DNA of 64,000 nucleotides, taken from contig CAVNZM010000002.1 of the NCBI GenBank assembly GCA_963693365.1, positions 5,534,259 through 5,598,258 of the forward strand, written 5' to 3'. A program made the position numbers and the translations under genes. Below are positions 46,407-59,892 of this stretch, in pieces; position 1 is the first letter of the stretch, and every line of letters begins with the position of its first letter. Below the pieces are notes generated by a model. The model was not told the DNA's origin. It saw only the letters and a program-made list of their open reading frames with translations, and did not search any database. This DNA is from Amoebidium appalachense (taxonomy: Eukaryota; Protista; Ichthyosporea).

Positions 46407-48642
46407 ACGCGAATATTATATTATCCGAAACATCCACCCCCCAAGCGAATACTATATTCACACAACCCCAAGCGAATATAATATTCGCGCGAATCCTGAT
46501 GATCTAACCCCAAGCGAATGTAATATTCGGTCCGATCGATCCGAGCGAATATTATATTCGCGCGGATCTTGATTATCAAACAAATCGATCCGAGCGAATA
46601 TTATATTCGCTTGGGGTTGTAATCAGGGTGCGAGCGAGCATTATATTCGCTCGCATTTATTCATCCACCCAAGCAAATATAATATTCGCACGGATCCTGA
46701 TGATCTAACCCCAAGCGAATATAATATTCGCTGGAATCCTGATGATCTAACCCCAAGCGAATATAATATTCGCTCCGATCGATCCGAGCGATTATTATAT
46801 TCGGGCGGATCTTGATTATCTAACCAATCGATCCAAGCGAATATTATATTCGCTTGGGGGTTGTAATCATGGTGCGAGCGAATGTTACATTCGCTCGCAT
46901 CCTGATGATCCCACCCCCAAGCGAATATAATATTCGCTCGGATCCTGATGATCCCACCCCCAAGCGAATATAATATTCGCACGGATCCTGATGATCCCAC
47001 CCCCAAGCGAATATAATATTCGCTCGGATCCTGATGATCTAACCCCAAGCGAATATAATATTCGCTCCGATCGATCCGAGCGATTATTATATTCGCGCGG
47101 ATCTTGATTATCTAACCAATCGATCCAAGCGAATATTATATTCGCTTGGGGGATAATATTCGCTTGGGGGTTGTAATCATGGTGCGAGCGAATGTTACAT
47201 TCGCTCGCATCCTGATGATCCCACCCCCAAGCGAATATAATATTCGCTCGGATCCTGATGATCCCACCCCCAAGCGAATATAATATTCGCTCGGATCCTG
47301 ATGATCTAACCCCAAGCGAATATAATATTCGCTCCGATCGATCCGAGCGATTATTATATTCGCGCGGATCTTGATTATCTAACCAATCGATCCAAGCGAA
47401 TATTATATTCGCTTGGGGGTTGTAATCATGGTGCGAGCGAATGTTACATTCGCTCGCATCCTGATGATCCCACCCCCAAGCGAATATAATATTCGCTCGG
47501 ATCCTGATGATCCCACCCCCAAGCGAATATAATATTCGCACGGATCCTGATGATCCCACCCCCAAGCGAATATAATATTCGCTCGGATCCTGATGATCTA
47601 ACCCCAAGCGAATATAATATTCGCTCCGATCGATCCGAGCGATTATTATATTCGCGCGGATCTTGATTATCTAACCAATCGATCCAAGCGAAGATTATAT
47701 TCGCTTGGGGGTTGTAATCATGGTGCGAGCGAATGTTACATTCGCTCGCATCCTGATGATCCCACCCCCAAGCGAATATAATATTCGCTCGGATCCTGAT
47801 GATCCCACCCCCAAGCGAATATAATATTCGCTCGGATCCTGATTCGGATCTAACCCCAAGCGAATATAATATTCGCTCCGATCGATCCGAGCGATTATTA
47901 TATTCGCGCGGATCTTGATTATCTAACCAATCGATCCAAGCGAATATTATATTCGCTTGGGGGTTGTAATCATGGTGCGAGCGAATGTTACATTCGCTCG
48001 CATCCTGATGATCCCACCCCCAAGCGAATATAATATTCGCTCGCATCCTGATGATCCCACCCCCAAGCGAATATAATATTCGCTCGGATCCTGATGATCT
48101 AACCCCAAGCGAATATAATATTCGCTCGGATCCTGATGATCCCACCCCAAGCGAATATAATATTCGCTCGCATCCTGATGATCCCACCCCAAGCGAATAT
48201 AATATTCGCTCGAATCCTGATGATCCAACCCCAAGTGAATGTAATATTCGCTCGAATCCTGATGATCCAACCCCAAGCGACTATAATATACGCTCGAATC
48301 CTGATGATCCAACCCCAAGCGAATATAATATTCGCTCGAATCCTGATGATCTAACCCCAAGCGAATGTAATATTCGCTCCGATCGATCCGGGCGAATATT
48401 ATATTCGCGCGGATCTTGATTATCTAACCAATCGATCCAAGCGAATATTATATTCGCTCGGGGGTTGTAATCAGGGATTCGCTCGCACCTATCCATCCCC
48501 GCAAGCAAATATAATATTCACTCGGATCCTGATGATCCAACGCCCACGCGAATATAATATTCGCTTGAATCCTGATGATCCAACCCCCATAATAATAATA
48601 TAATATTATATTCGCTCGCATCCTAACTATGCATCCGCCAGG

Positions 48643-48697
<55 letters not shown>

Positions 48698-48793
48698 ATC
48701 GCTTCTGAGTATCCAACTCCGAGTCCCAAGCGAATATACTATTCGCTCGGATCCTGATTATCCACCCGATGCAAGCGAATAGTATTATACGCG
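46407..48793. repeat. Satellite array 1: ~35-bp units (CCCCAAGCGAATATAATATTCGCTCGGATCCTGATGATC) in ~250-310-bp higher-order repeats containing inverted units
   Basis: Core imperfect palindrome GCGAATATAATATTCGC. The marker GTTGTAATCATGGTGCGAGCGAATGTTAC recurs near 46860, 47170, 47419, 47711 and 47963. (AT)n at about 48645-48694. Confidence 0.95.
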
Positions 48794-49596
48794 AGTATCC
48801 AAAACATTCCTTGGGAGCAACTTAATTAAATTCACTTTAACATAGGTGAAATGTAAGCGTGATTTTAAAATTTAAAAACTTTTAAATGTTAATTTCTCTA
48901 CGGTGATTGGTTTAATTATCGAATGCTGTTCGCTACATCAATCGTTTCTATAATCTATGTTTTATGTTTTCGCTCGATCCGGAACCCAATCATCGTTGAC
49001 CTTCTCATTCGTTGTCACGTGCTCATCTGATAACAGGAATAAATTACTATACCGATAGCTTCGCACATCTTCCCTTGTTACTCAGTACATCATTGCATGA
49101 CGATGGTATTAAGCTTTTAATTTGTATAGCAAATTTCTGTTGTTTACGCAGCGAGGCAGAGCAAGAGACGCAGCGAGGCAAAGCTTGCAATATACAAAGC
49201 ACGGCTTAGTCGATTAATACTAGTACCTTCTTAACATCACACCTGCTGTATTCTTCGCTGATTCATGTTTGTTCTGCTCTGTTCTTTCTGATGTGATTGC
49301 CATTTCATAAAGTATGGCGTAATGTTGTATCATGCAGCATGCAGAATGGCGGGTATTAAACTCGAGTCAGAAAGGTGCTTTGATCATGTGCACTACAGAT
49401 GTACAATATGCTACAATGGAAACAATTGGACCCTCAATAACCTGAATCAACCATGGTTCAGTGCAGTCCAGGCAATCGCCTTCTTCAACGTAAAGCTGGA
49501 ACCACATCAGGGTAAGTTTTTCATGAAAAGAATGAACACATGAACACTGGAAAGGATAACCGTGCACAATGACTCTACGGAGACAAAAGCTTGCCT

Positions 49597-51789
49597 TTCA
49601 TAAGTGAAGCGTTGACCAACGCACACAGCGACCTTGATGTATTACAAAGCTGATCACAAAGACAACTCGCGATGATGTCGACCGAACAGTTAAGTGGGAA
49701 ACAAAAAAAAAAAAAAAAAAATTGTACACCGCGCGAGTTCGGATTACTGGGTTACTGGGAAAGGATCTGGCGGTTGACATCATTCATTCATATACTACCC
49801 ATTTTAACGCCCGCATGGCGTTTGCCGATTGGTTGTCAGAGGCGGCAAAATCGTATTTGTTTTAAGTTTTTAAAATTTATATATATACGATCCAACCAAT
49901 GAAAATTATTTGTTAACACGAAGGCGATTTATATAATGTTTTAAACGCTAATATCTAACCTGATTTTGAGCGCATATCATATTCGTCCCATCCTCAACCG
50001 CATATTATATTCGCTTGACGCATGCCATGCTCCTGCCATCCTGAAGCGCATATTATATTCGCTTGACGCATGCCATTGGTCATGCCATCCTGAAGCGCAT
50101 ATTGTATTCGCTTGACGCATGCCATGCTCCTGCCATCCTGAAGCGCATATTATATTCGCTTGACGCATGCCATTGGTCATGCCATCCTGAAGCGCATATT
50201 ATATTCGCTTGACGCCACCTATGTATGCTCATGCCATCCTGAAGCGCATATTAATTTCGCTTGACGCATGCCATGCTCCTGCCATTCTGAAGCGCATATT
50301 ATATTCGCTTGACGCATGCCATTGGTCATGCCATCCTGACGCGCATATTATATTACGCTTGACGCATGCCATTGGTCATGCCATCCTGAAGCGCATATTA
50401 TATTCGCTTGACGCCACCTATGTATGCTCATGCCATCCTGAAGCGCATATTAAATTCGCTTGACGCATGCCATGCTCATGCCATCCTGAAGCGCATATTA
50501 TATTCGCTTGACGCCACCTATGCACGTGCCATCCTGAAGCGCATATTATATTCGCTTGACGCATGCCGCCATGCTCATGCCATCCCGAAGCGCATATTAA
50601 ATTACGCTTGACGCATGCCATTGGTCATGCCATCCTGAAGCGCATATTAAATTCGCTTGACGCATGCCATTGGTCATGCCATCCTGAAGCGCATATTGAA
50701 TTCGCTTGACGCATGCCATTGGTCATGCCATCCTGAAGCGCATATTAAATTCGCTTGACGCATGCCATGCTCATGCCATCCTGAAGCGCATATTATATTC
50801 GCTTGACGCATGCCACTGGTCATGCCATCCTGAAGTGCAGTTTATATTCGCTTGACGTTGCTATGCACGTGCCATCCTGATGCGATTGACGCTTGTCATG
50901 ACATATGGATATCATGATGGTTATGATAATAATGTTGCGTTGGAGTGTGCATGCTTTCTTTTTCACATGTGGTGATTACGTTATCGTCAACACCGGTGTG
51001 AGGGATCGCACCAAGGCGCGTACTACAGGTATCCTCAGACCGGTGTGGGGGGCATATGGTGAGGTTGTCGTGGCAACAAACAGAGTGTATATGAACTACT
51101 CTAACTATCTGCACGCTTAAAGGGGCTCGAAACCGTGTATACGTATAAACTTTTCTTTGAGTTGGGTGGGAAGCGAGTTTTTTGTGTTCTGAGAAGAACT
51201 TCCAAAAGCCCGCGACCCCGCGAGACACTTCACAGACACGCGGCCCACTGGCCAGACAAATACCACAGTGACATTCAGCCAATCACAACACTCCCTCCCC
51301 CACAGACTACACGCACTCCACACCATTGGCTACCGCGACCTCAGACACCCCTACAGCACTACAACACGTACACACGTTTACTCACAATACATATAAGCAT
51401 ACACACACGCGAGCAGGCAACATGGGTCTCGCCACGCACACAGCAAGAAGCAATACAACATTTAACATGGAGAGTACGCAGAGGCATGGGGCATGCACGC
51501 GCGCACCAAACAATCAGCCGCCGCTGCATCAGATTCTCCCCATACCACTGATTAATCTCCTCATACCCCATTTAGACCCCGGCATCACTATGCAAGAAAA
51601 CCCCCGAAATTAACTCACCAAAACACAAAATATAGAAGTAAACTAATACGAATCAGCTCAGCACATGACAGAGGTGAAGGCACAGAGTCTCAGATCTCCA
51701 TTCACATACACGGTGGAGATTCTGGCCTCAAAGGCCAAACATCCGGGTTCCACCATCGTTGCTGGATCCACGACGGTCTTCCACATCAG
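49597..51789 (+). pseudogene. Fragments of a Gypsy/Ginger-type integrase-transposase
   Basis: 49597-49790: ISEALTNAHSDL...TRDDVDRTVKW...YWER/LAVDII (zinc-finger remnant and first catalytic Asp context, frameshifted). 50962-51074: FTCGDYVIVNT...GILRPVWGAYGEVV (GPY/F-like). 51662-51789: ...STTVFH, continuing to DSDIKP in the next exon. Most of the DDE core is not recognisable. Confidence 0.5.
49970..50890. repeat. Satellite array 2: ~42-49-bp units (GCCATCCTGAAGCGCATATTATATTCGCTTGACGCATGCCATTGGTCAT)
   Basis: About 19 tandem units sharing the core GCG(C/A)ATATTATATTCGCTTG with array 1. Confidence 0.95.
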
Positions 51790-51899
51790 GTAATGTTTCA
51801 GGCCTGGCCTTGAATGTGCGTCTGTTATTATGGCAGGATCATCTTTTTTGCTTTGCCGTATAGTATATTGGTACATACTGTCAACAGCATAGTTCACTG

Positions 51900-53871
51900 A
51901 TGGGATTTTATGCAGACTCTGACATCAAGCCGGTTCCATCCAGCTTCAGACCCGACGACATGGAGCGGTACCTCGTCCATACAATCGGCGACCCGACATA
52001 TGTTGTTGATTGCGTGTTCGGTCGCAGAACCATTGTAGATCACAAAGGGGACTTGTACGACCAGGTTTTAGTTAAATGGCGTGGATTTCCCTTTTCCCAA
52101 TGTACTTGGGAGGATCCTGGTGAAGTTATGCCCCCCAACACAGGGGCACCCACTTGCGATGAACAAGATGTGGATGGCAACGACATTCCATTAGCATTAC
52201 GTGGTCTGAAAGATTTCAGTAGCTACACGGATGCCAAAATGGAAACGGTCCTTCGTACACTGGATGCCAATGGCGGGTTGGACGACACGGACTTTGCAAA
52301 TGGCAGTGTTCCAGTTGCCACCATGTTTACCACTGTGACATCCAATCAACGTAAGCCCGTGCGTCCATCAAAACCGACATTGTCGCATCCGGCAGGTACA
52401 CCAGTGCGCTCTGAGCCAGAACACAACACAGGGTCGTCGGATCCAGCTTCGCCAATTTCGTCGTCGGGTTTTACCAGTGCAGGTGACGGCGCCCCGTCAC
52501 AAGTACCACCTTCTTCGGCAATGGCACAACCGCCCCGTAAGCGTGCCAAGGTGACACTGGAGCCCGAGGTAACTGACTTAACGTTGTATACACCCGAAGT
52601 GGACCCACCAGTGTCGCCGGTCCCATCAACTAATGATTGCAACCCTTGCCCCACTGTGCCCATCCCCGTCTCTCTCCGGTCAAAATGGCCCGGGAATGTC
52701 AGTGAGTCTGTGTTTACACACTACTGCAACAGCGCAGACCCAGTTTATGACATCACCCCCGTGCCGATGGATGCTTTCTCATTCAACAGCAACGCCACCT
52801 TTAGTTTCCGTCCAAGATTTTCATGGGAAATGAATTTCTGTTTCATCATCACCGTATTGGACGGATTAAACTGTGGGCTGATAAAATCCAACGTGCCACC
52901 TTTACATCTTAAGCCAACTGGACTGGACGTTTGGGACCGGATGATTGCTGCCTTAAAGCACCGCGAGAAGCATACAGCAAATATCCGGGCCATCGCTCAT
53001 CGACTGGCATGGGTGTGGAAGGTAACACTATACAGGATTGGGGACATAAGTTCAACGGACAAGTTGTTTGACGCGCTTCAATGTGACATTAGCGGTTCGG
53101 ATTACCTCACGGGTGTCCCGCTGGATGGGTCTAGTCGTCCGCTATTCCGAGACAACGTGGTACCCCCTCACGTGACAATCATAACCGCTACATGCGTTAA
53201 ATGCACTGGCGTGTGTACGCGTGTGTTGTGTTCCATCGATGCCGAGCTTCGCACCCGACGTCGCCGTGAAAGGATGGACCACAAGGAGACTTACATTGTC
53301 AATCCCATAGAAAACATAGCGGGTACCCACTTCTTCGATGGCGACTGCACTGAACTTCTATGGCAGGGAATTTCAAAGCCCAACCTCGGTTTGCACAACG
53401 TGCAATTCCAAGGGTACGGTGCGGGGCAACGTTTTAATACTTCCTAGAATTCTCTTCGTCCACATGTCAGTGCAATCCGTGCCGCCTGTTCATGTCATGA
53501 ATTGCGTAAACTTTATGGGGCGCCAACTTGAATACCATCTTGCCTACATTGGTCTTCACAAACCAGGTCACTTTTTCGGTGTGGCACCCGCATTCACATG
53601 GAAAAACGGGAGACCATATCATCTCCACTGCGACGGTTTCGGTATGACCACGGAAAAACCAGACACTGAGCTATGGGAGAGCAACACGGGACCTACCAAT
53701 GTCTCTGTCCAAATGTCTCGGGAAGGTGGCGAGTGCGAAGGCTGGTGCCCATTATATGTTAAGTTGAACTGGGCACGCATCAAGGATGTGCATCTCAACT
53801 TCATGGTGTATGTGCCCGCGCAGGAACCACTGTTAGGCGTGGGCTCCCGCAAACTGACGTATGCCATCTAA
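51900..53871 (+). CDS. Chromodomain + USP/UCH (peptidase C19)-like protein, probably the C-terminal part of the transposase gene; one frameshift near 53380
   Basis: Chromodomain YVVDCVFGRR...VLVKWRGFPFSQCTWED; NLS-like PPRKRAKV; Cys-box-like WEMNFCFIITVLDGL; zinc-ribbon pairs CVKC and CTTC; LPRILFVH; His-box-like YHLAYIGLHKPGHFF...HCDG. Combines ORFs 51900-53447 and 53338-53871. Confidence 0.7.
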
Positions 53872-53928
53872 GTCAACTGTGGATGTAGTGTAGACGACCT
53901 TGTGGATATCGGAGTTTTTTTTTTTTTT

Positions 53929-53979
<51 letters not shown>

Positions 53980-54677
53980 CTTTTTTGGTTTTTTTTTGCT
54001 GCCAACATGCCATTATCGTTTGAACTGGAATGAAGGACATAATGCCTGCTCGTATTTAAATACACAATGAGTGTGCTGGTTGCATGCTGTCTGGATTTAT
54101 TTCACGTAGGTGTATAAGTATAAGATCAAGATTGAAAATTATGCATAGAAGTTAAGATATTTACGAATATAACATTGAATTGGCTGCTGTGTATGGTCCT
54201 TCAACGTAGTGACAACTAAAACATGCAAAATATATATGCTGACCGCCGGCGGCGGGCTTTTATTCCATGTGAGCGGTACTTAGTCTATGTGAACCCAATT
54301 TAACATTGTGACGTAAGAATGATTAAGAATACAAGATGATTACGACTATTCAGTTATAATGGTGTATTATGGATTCTGTAACGTGTAAATGCAATGGCGA
54401 TAAATACATACAAACCACTGGCACATGATACTACACCATTTGCAACGAGTTGGTAAAATCCTGCTGTCAGTGGGCATGATTTCTTTTCGACCAACACACA
54501 AAGCTACAAGCTCAGGACACTTTAATGATTATACACAACCCCCCCCCCCCCCCCCCTGGTCCCCCCCCGAACACATCATTTGCACCAAGAGCATAAAAAA
54601 CTGGTAACAGTAGACATGTTTTTTTCCCCAACACATGTCATAAGCTAATAGGCACGACAATGATTGTTTATTACGCA

Positions 54678-54876
54678 CACACAGTTTCTCCCACCACGTC
54701 ATACAAACCCACTGACCCCCCCCATGTCACCCAGGGTAGTAGGGGGGGGAGGAGGGGGGGGGGGGGGGTGCATTTTGGCCTGCCCGATATTCCCCCTAGA
54801 CCAGCCAAATTTGACGTCCTGGATTTTAATTAGAGGTGACGACACTTTGGCCTGGACGACACTTTGGCCTGCAACA
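54678..54876 (-). repeat. Right terminal inverted repeat
   Basis: Reverse complement of 40351-40545, ending ...GGCCTGCAACA before a G-run. Confidence 0.92.
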
Positions 54877-57014
54877 GGGGGGGGGGGGGGGGGGGGGGGG
54901 GGTACTCTATAGCTAAGACGGTGACAAAATTAGCTCACATTAGTATGTTTCAAGTATAGTCATTTTAACAATGCACGTCCTAATGTCTTTCAAAAAGTGC
55001 TGCAGAGAGCAGACAAACAATAGCGAGTTACAGCATATATACCTTTCAAGGTCAGCCGGCATCGCCCCGAATAATGTTTTGATTGGCGTAAACAAGCGAT
55101 TGTTTGTATCGGTGTTACAAACGAACCATTACCATCGTTTCACTAGTACTCCAAATTGCAAATTTTTAAGTGGTGTTAGGTTGCCCGCCAAAACACCGTA
55201 GGCCAATAAAAAGCTGGGCCACGTAACCATATATGGTTCTTTTGCCCACCTCAAAGAAAACTACGCCATTGGTGTTTTTCTAAATCTTTCTCTAACATGG
55301 GCCAATGAATCCACAGCCCTCTAAGCTGCCTACAGGTCCCCAAATACTTATATATATATACACCTAGACCACGAGATATTTGGATCTTATCCCGCCTCAA
55401 TTTTTCGACTTTCTCGAGATAGATCCCCAGATTGATCTATCCCACATGTACCTAAATATCATTTTCATTTCCCAAAAACGTGGCTAAATATTCGGCTTCT
55501 TTCCTTTCTCAACAGGTACCTAAATATCACGAGAAATTCCCGATAGAACTACAGACCCCCTAGTCTAAACACAATTGGCAACATTCCTCGACTATGCGTC
55601 TCGTGCATGTGGTGATCGAGTGTCAGCGTGTGTCTGTGTACACGCAACCAATTGGTAAAGCTAATAAACACATATTGTGGAGTGAGCGTAAGTCTGCACT
55701 CCAACATCCACCTCCCTCCACACGGTGTCACTCGCATGCATATACCGTAGTACTAACTCAAACCTCCATGATGATCCCACCCAGCCCATATTGACACAAA
55801 CTTACGGGGGTATTCCTGGGGAAAATCACTACATTATAAAGGTCCTAAAAAAGTAGTTGAACAAAGACGGACTTCCGGGAACGCAACAGCTGCAAAATCA
55901 GGAGTGAGGGGTTGTGCCATGCGTTGAGAAAACATGATATGCTACTGAGTTACCCGTAGTATATGGTAGGTGTTTGTTTTCCGAAAAGCATAAAAAAGAT
56001 ATCTTGTTTTCGAAGTGACTGTCTATATGTTTTTTTTTTTTTTTTTTTTTTTTTTTTATTTAATTTTTTTTAACAATGAAAAATGATAGGCGAACCCTGG
56101 CGGCTTTAAAAAATAATTAAAAAAAATTGTTTGAGTATGTAGGTTGAAAATGATTGCAATAATAAGATTTGTTAAGGCCAAGGAAGACAACTCATAACGA
56201 ATTGAAATATCTACTTAAAATAAAAAGACTTATTACAAGCTTATAAAGGTCCTGGGTACGACGGCAGGGCAAAACGAGACTACGGGCGGCCGGGGGAGGG
56301 GAGGGGGGAGGGGGGGGGGAGGGGGGAGGGGAGGGAGGGGGGGGGGGGGGGGGGGAGGGGTTGCAAAGTGGAAAACCTGCACAAGATGTGTTTCAGACAC
56401 AGCCTGAGCCTTTTAGATCGGCAAATACAGAGACACACAAATCAGACATGCTAGTTTTGATTATTTAAATTTTACACAACAGGGCAAAAAAACACAAATA
56501 TCATGGATATAGTTCTGAAATATTTGTAGAGCATGCCCATGCTCGGCAGTGGGGTCGAGGGTCAAGTTATTCTTTATATTGAATGATATTTTTATCGCTA
56601 AAAACCAAATCCACCGAGGTCACAACTTGAAGACAATAATATCTTTTCTGTAGAAAAAGTTGCATACTATTAAAGGCAGGCGGAAGTGAAGGGAAGGAGG
56701 TTCTGCCTATTGTCCAGGGGGAGGAGGAGGGGGAGGGGGAAGGGGAGGGCGTCAATCCACCGAACAGGGGGTGGGGAAGGGGAGAGGGAGGGGGGGGGGG
56801 GGGGGAGGGGGGGGAGGGGGGGCACGGTACATAACCAAAGGCCACGTACCTGTTCGGTGGCTTGGTACTCCCCCCCCCCCCCCTCTCCCCACTCCCCCCT
56901 CCCCCCTCCCCTCTCCCTCACCCGATTGGCTCTCTCCCGCACCCCTCTCCCTCCCTACCTCCTACCCACAAGCTTTTCATCAAATTGTTGCGTTAGTGGT
57001 CAATATAATGCTCG

Positions 57015-58360
<1,346 letters not shown>

Positions 58361-59892
58361 TATTGCTGGCACATGTTGCATAAGCACATGGCATGATTCG
58401 CACTCATCGGAGCGCACTAAAAATAGTCAAAAAGTTTGAGCTACGAAGAAGTCTTAGTGCACCAACAAAACAATTGTTCAAATTCTTCCAAGACTTCTCC
58501 TGGGGGTAAAGAGAATGACAAGCAGATCCCTCCAAAATGGTTTCTACTGCAATAAATTGGTACCATGTCGTACCTGTACCTTTTCACAAAACCAAAAATT
58601 AATAATTTTAAAGGTAAATTATTGATTCTTTTTTTACCGTAGGCAATCAGCGTGATAGTTGGTGAAAAGACATGTCTGTATTTAGATTTAATGCCTTGGT
58701 TCGGAATAATGCCCCGGAATATAATGGAGTGTGTGGGGATTTTAATTCATGCCGTAGCGGTTTTCAATTGGCCCACCATTAATCTAATCCCCCCAACTCT
58801 TGGTTTTTGCGAGGCAGGGGGAGCCTTGACCAAATGGCATTCTCAAATTTCGGCTTCAACAATTACTAAGTTATTCCTGGACCAAGTACATAGAGAACAA
58901 CTATATAGTATTGGGCCAATTTTTTTTTTTTTTTAAACCACATAAGTTCATAGGTCCAGTCGAAAGCCGATCTGATATCACTTTTTATACCCACACAACG
59001 TTCTGTTTATATATATACAGTACTTTTAGCGCTTAATTTTATATAACTATAATTATATATCCGTACGCGTGGATCATTTATTACTGAGCGATCGAGCTAT
59101 GCACCCCCAGGTTCAGGCCTGCCTGACCAGTCATCATCATTTGCTTCGTTTGAGAAATGTTATTTATCTATAATATGCTGTGTCTTATCCTTCTAGAGGT
59201 ATATGTGTCACATCACGCTATGTCTTATAATTAAGTAATTCATGGCAATTTGCAAAAAAAGGGGGGGGAAAGATTCTAAGAAGCACATCGATAAAGGCAT
59301 CATGATTATAAAAAAAAGAGACGACACACCCCACAAGATCTGTTTCGGGGGACCATACCAAAGTGTCCTTCGACAAGATGATGTGCACGCACCTGATATA
59401 AAAACTTTAGCACACTCCCCAATTGCAGACATTGACAACGACTTGAATAAAAGGAAAAAAAACATAAAACAAGAACTAAAATGCAGAAAAAGCACAACTA
59501 GAGCAAAAATGTTGAGTTTTATTAGCGGTTGCTTTTGTAAATGGGGATATACCATGCATTCAATCGTTGCGGTTTATTGAAAATATTAAAATATTTGAAT
59601 GCATGGTTTGATCAGGAAAATAGAACAGCCCTCACACAAGATATCGGATCTCATACCGTATACTGCCACACACTTATTGTAGTCACATGTTCAACAAAAC
59701 TCATACACGCCATAACACACAGTAACTCCTTTGCCACATTTCAAGTTCATGTGACAGTCACAATATTGAAGGTCACAACGATTACCATGGCATCTAGCCT
59801 ACTAGAGTGGGTTTAATGTGCACATTCACTGTGTTAGATTCTGACCTGACAATTTGTAGGCATTAGGACACGAAAAAAAGAAAATGGTAGAA

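Noticed and set aside
46690-48360. CTGATGA in each satellite unit as a hammerhead core
   Set aside because: It is followed by GAAT rather than GAAA and no stem II can form.
46407-48793. CRISPR-like appearance of the palindromic array
   Set aside because: No unique spacers, units are head-to-tail and form higher-order repeats, no cas genes, eukaryotic context.
59060-59135. tRNA-like GGTTCA segment
   Set aside because: No cloverleaf or A-box can be built.
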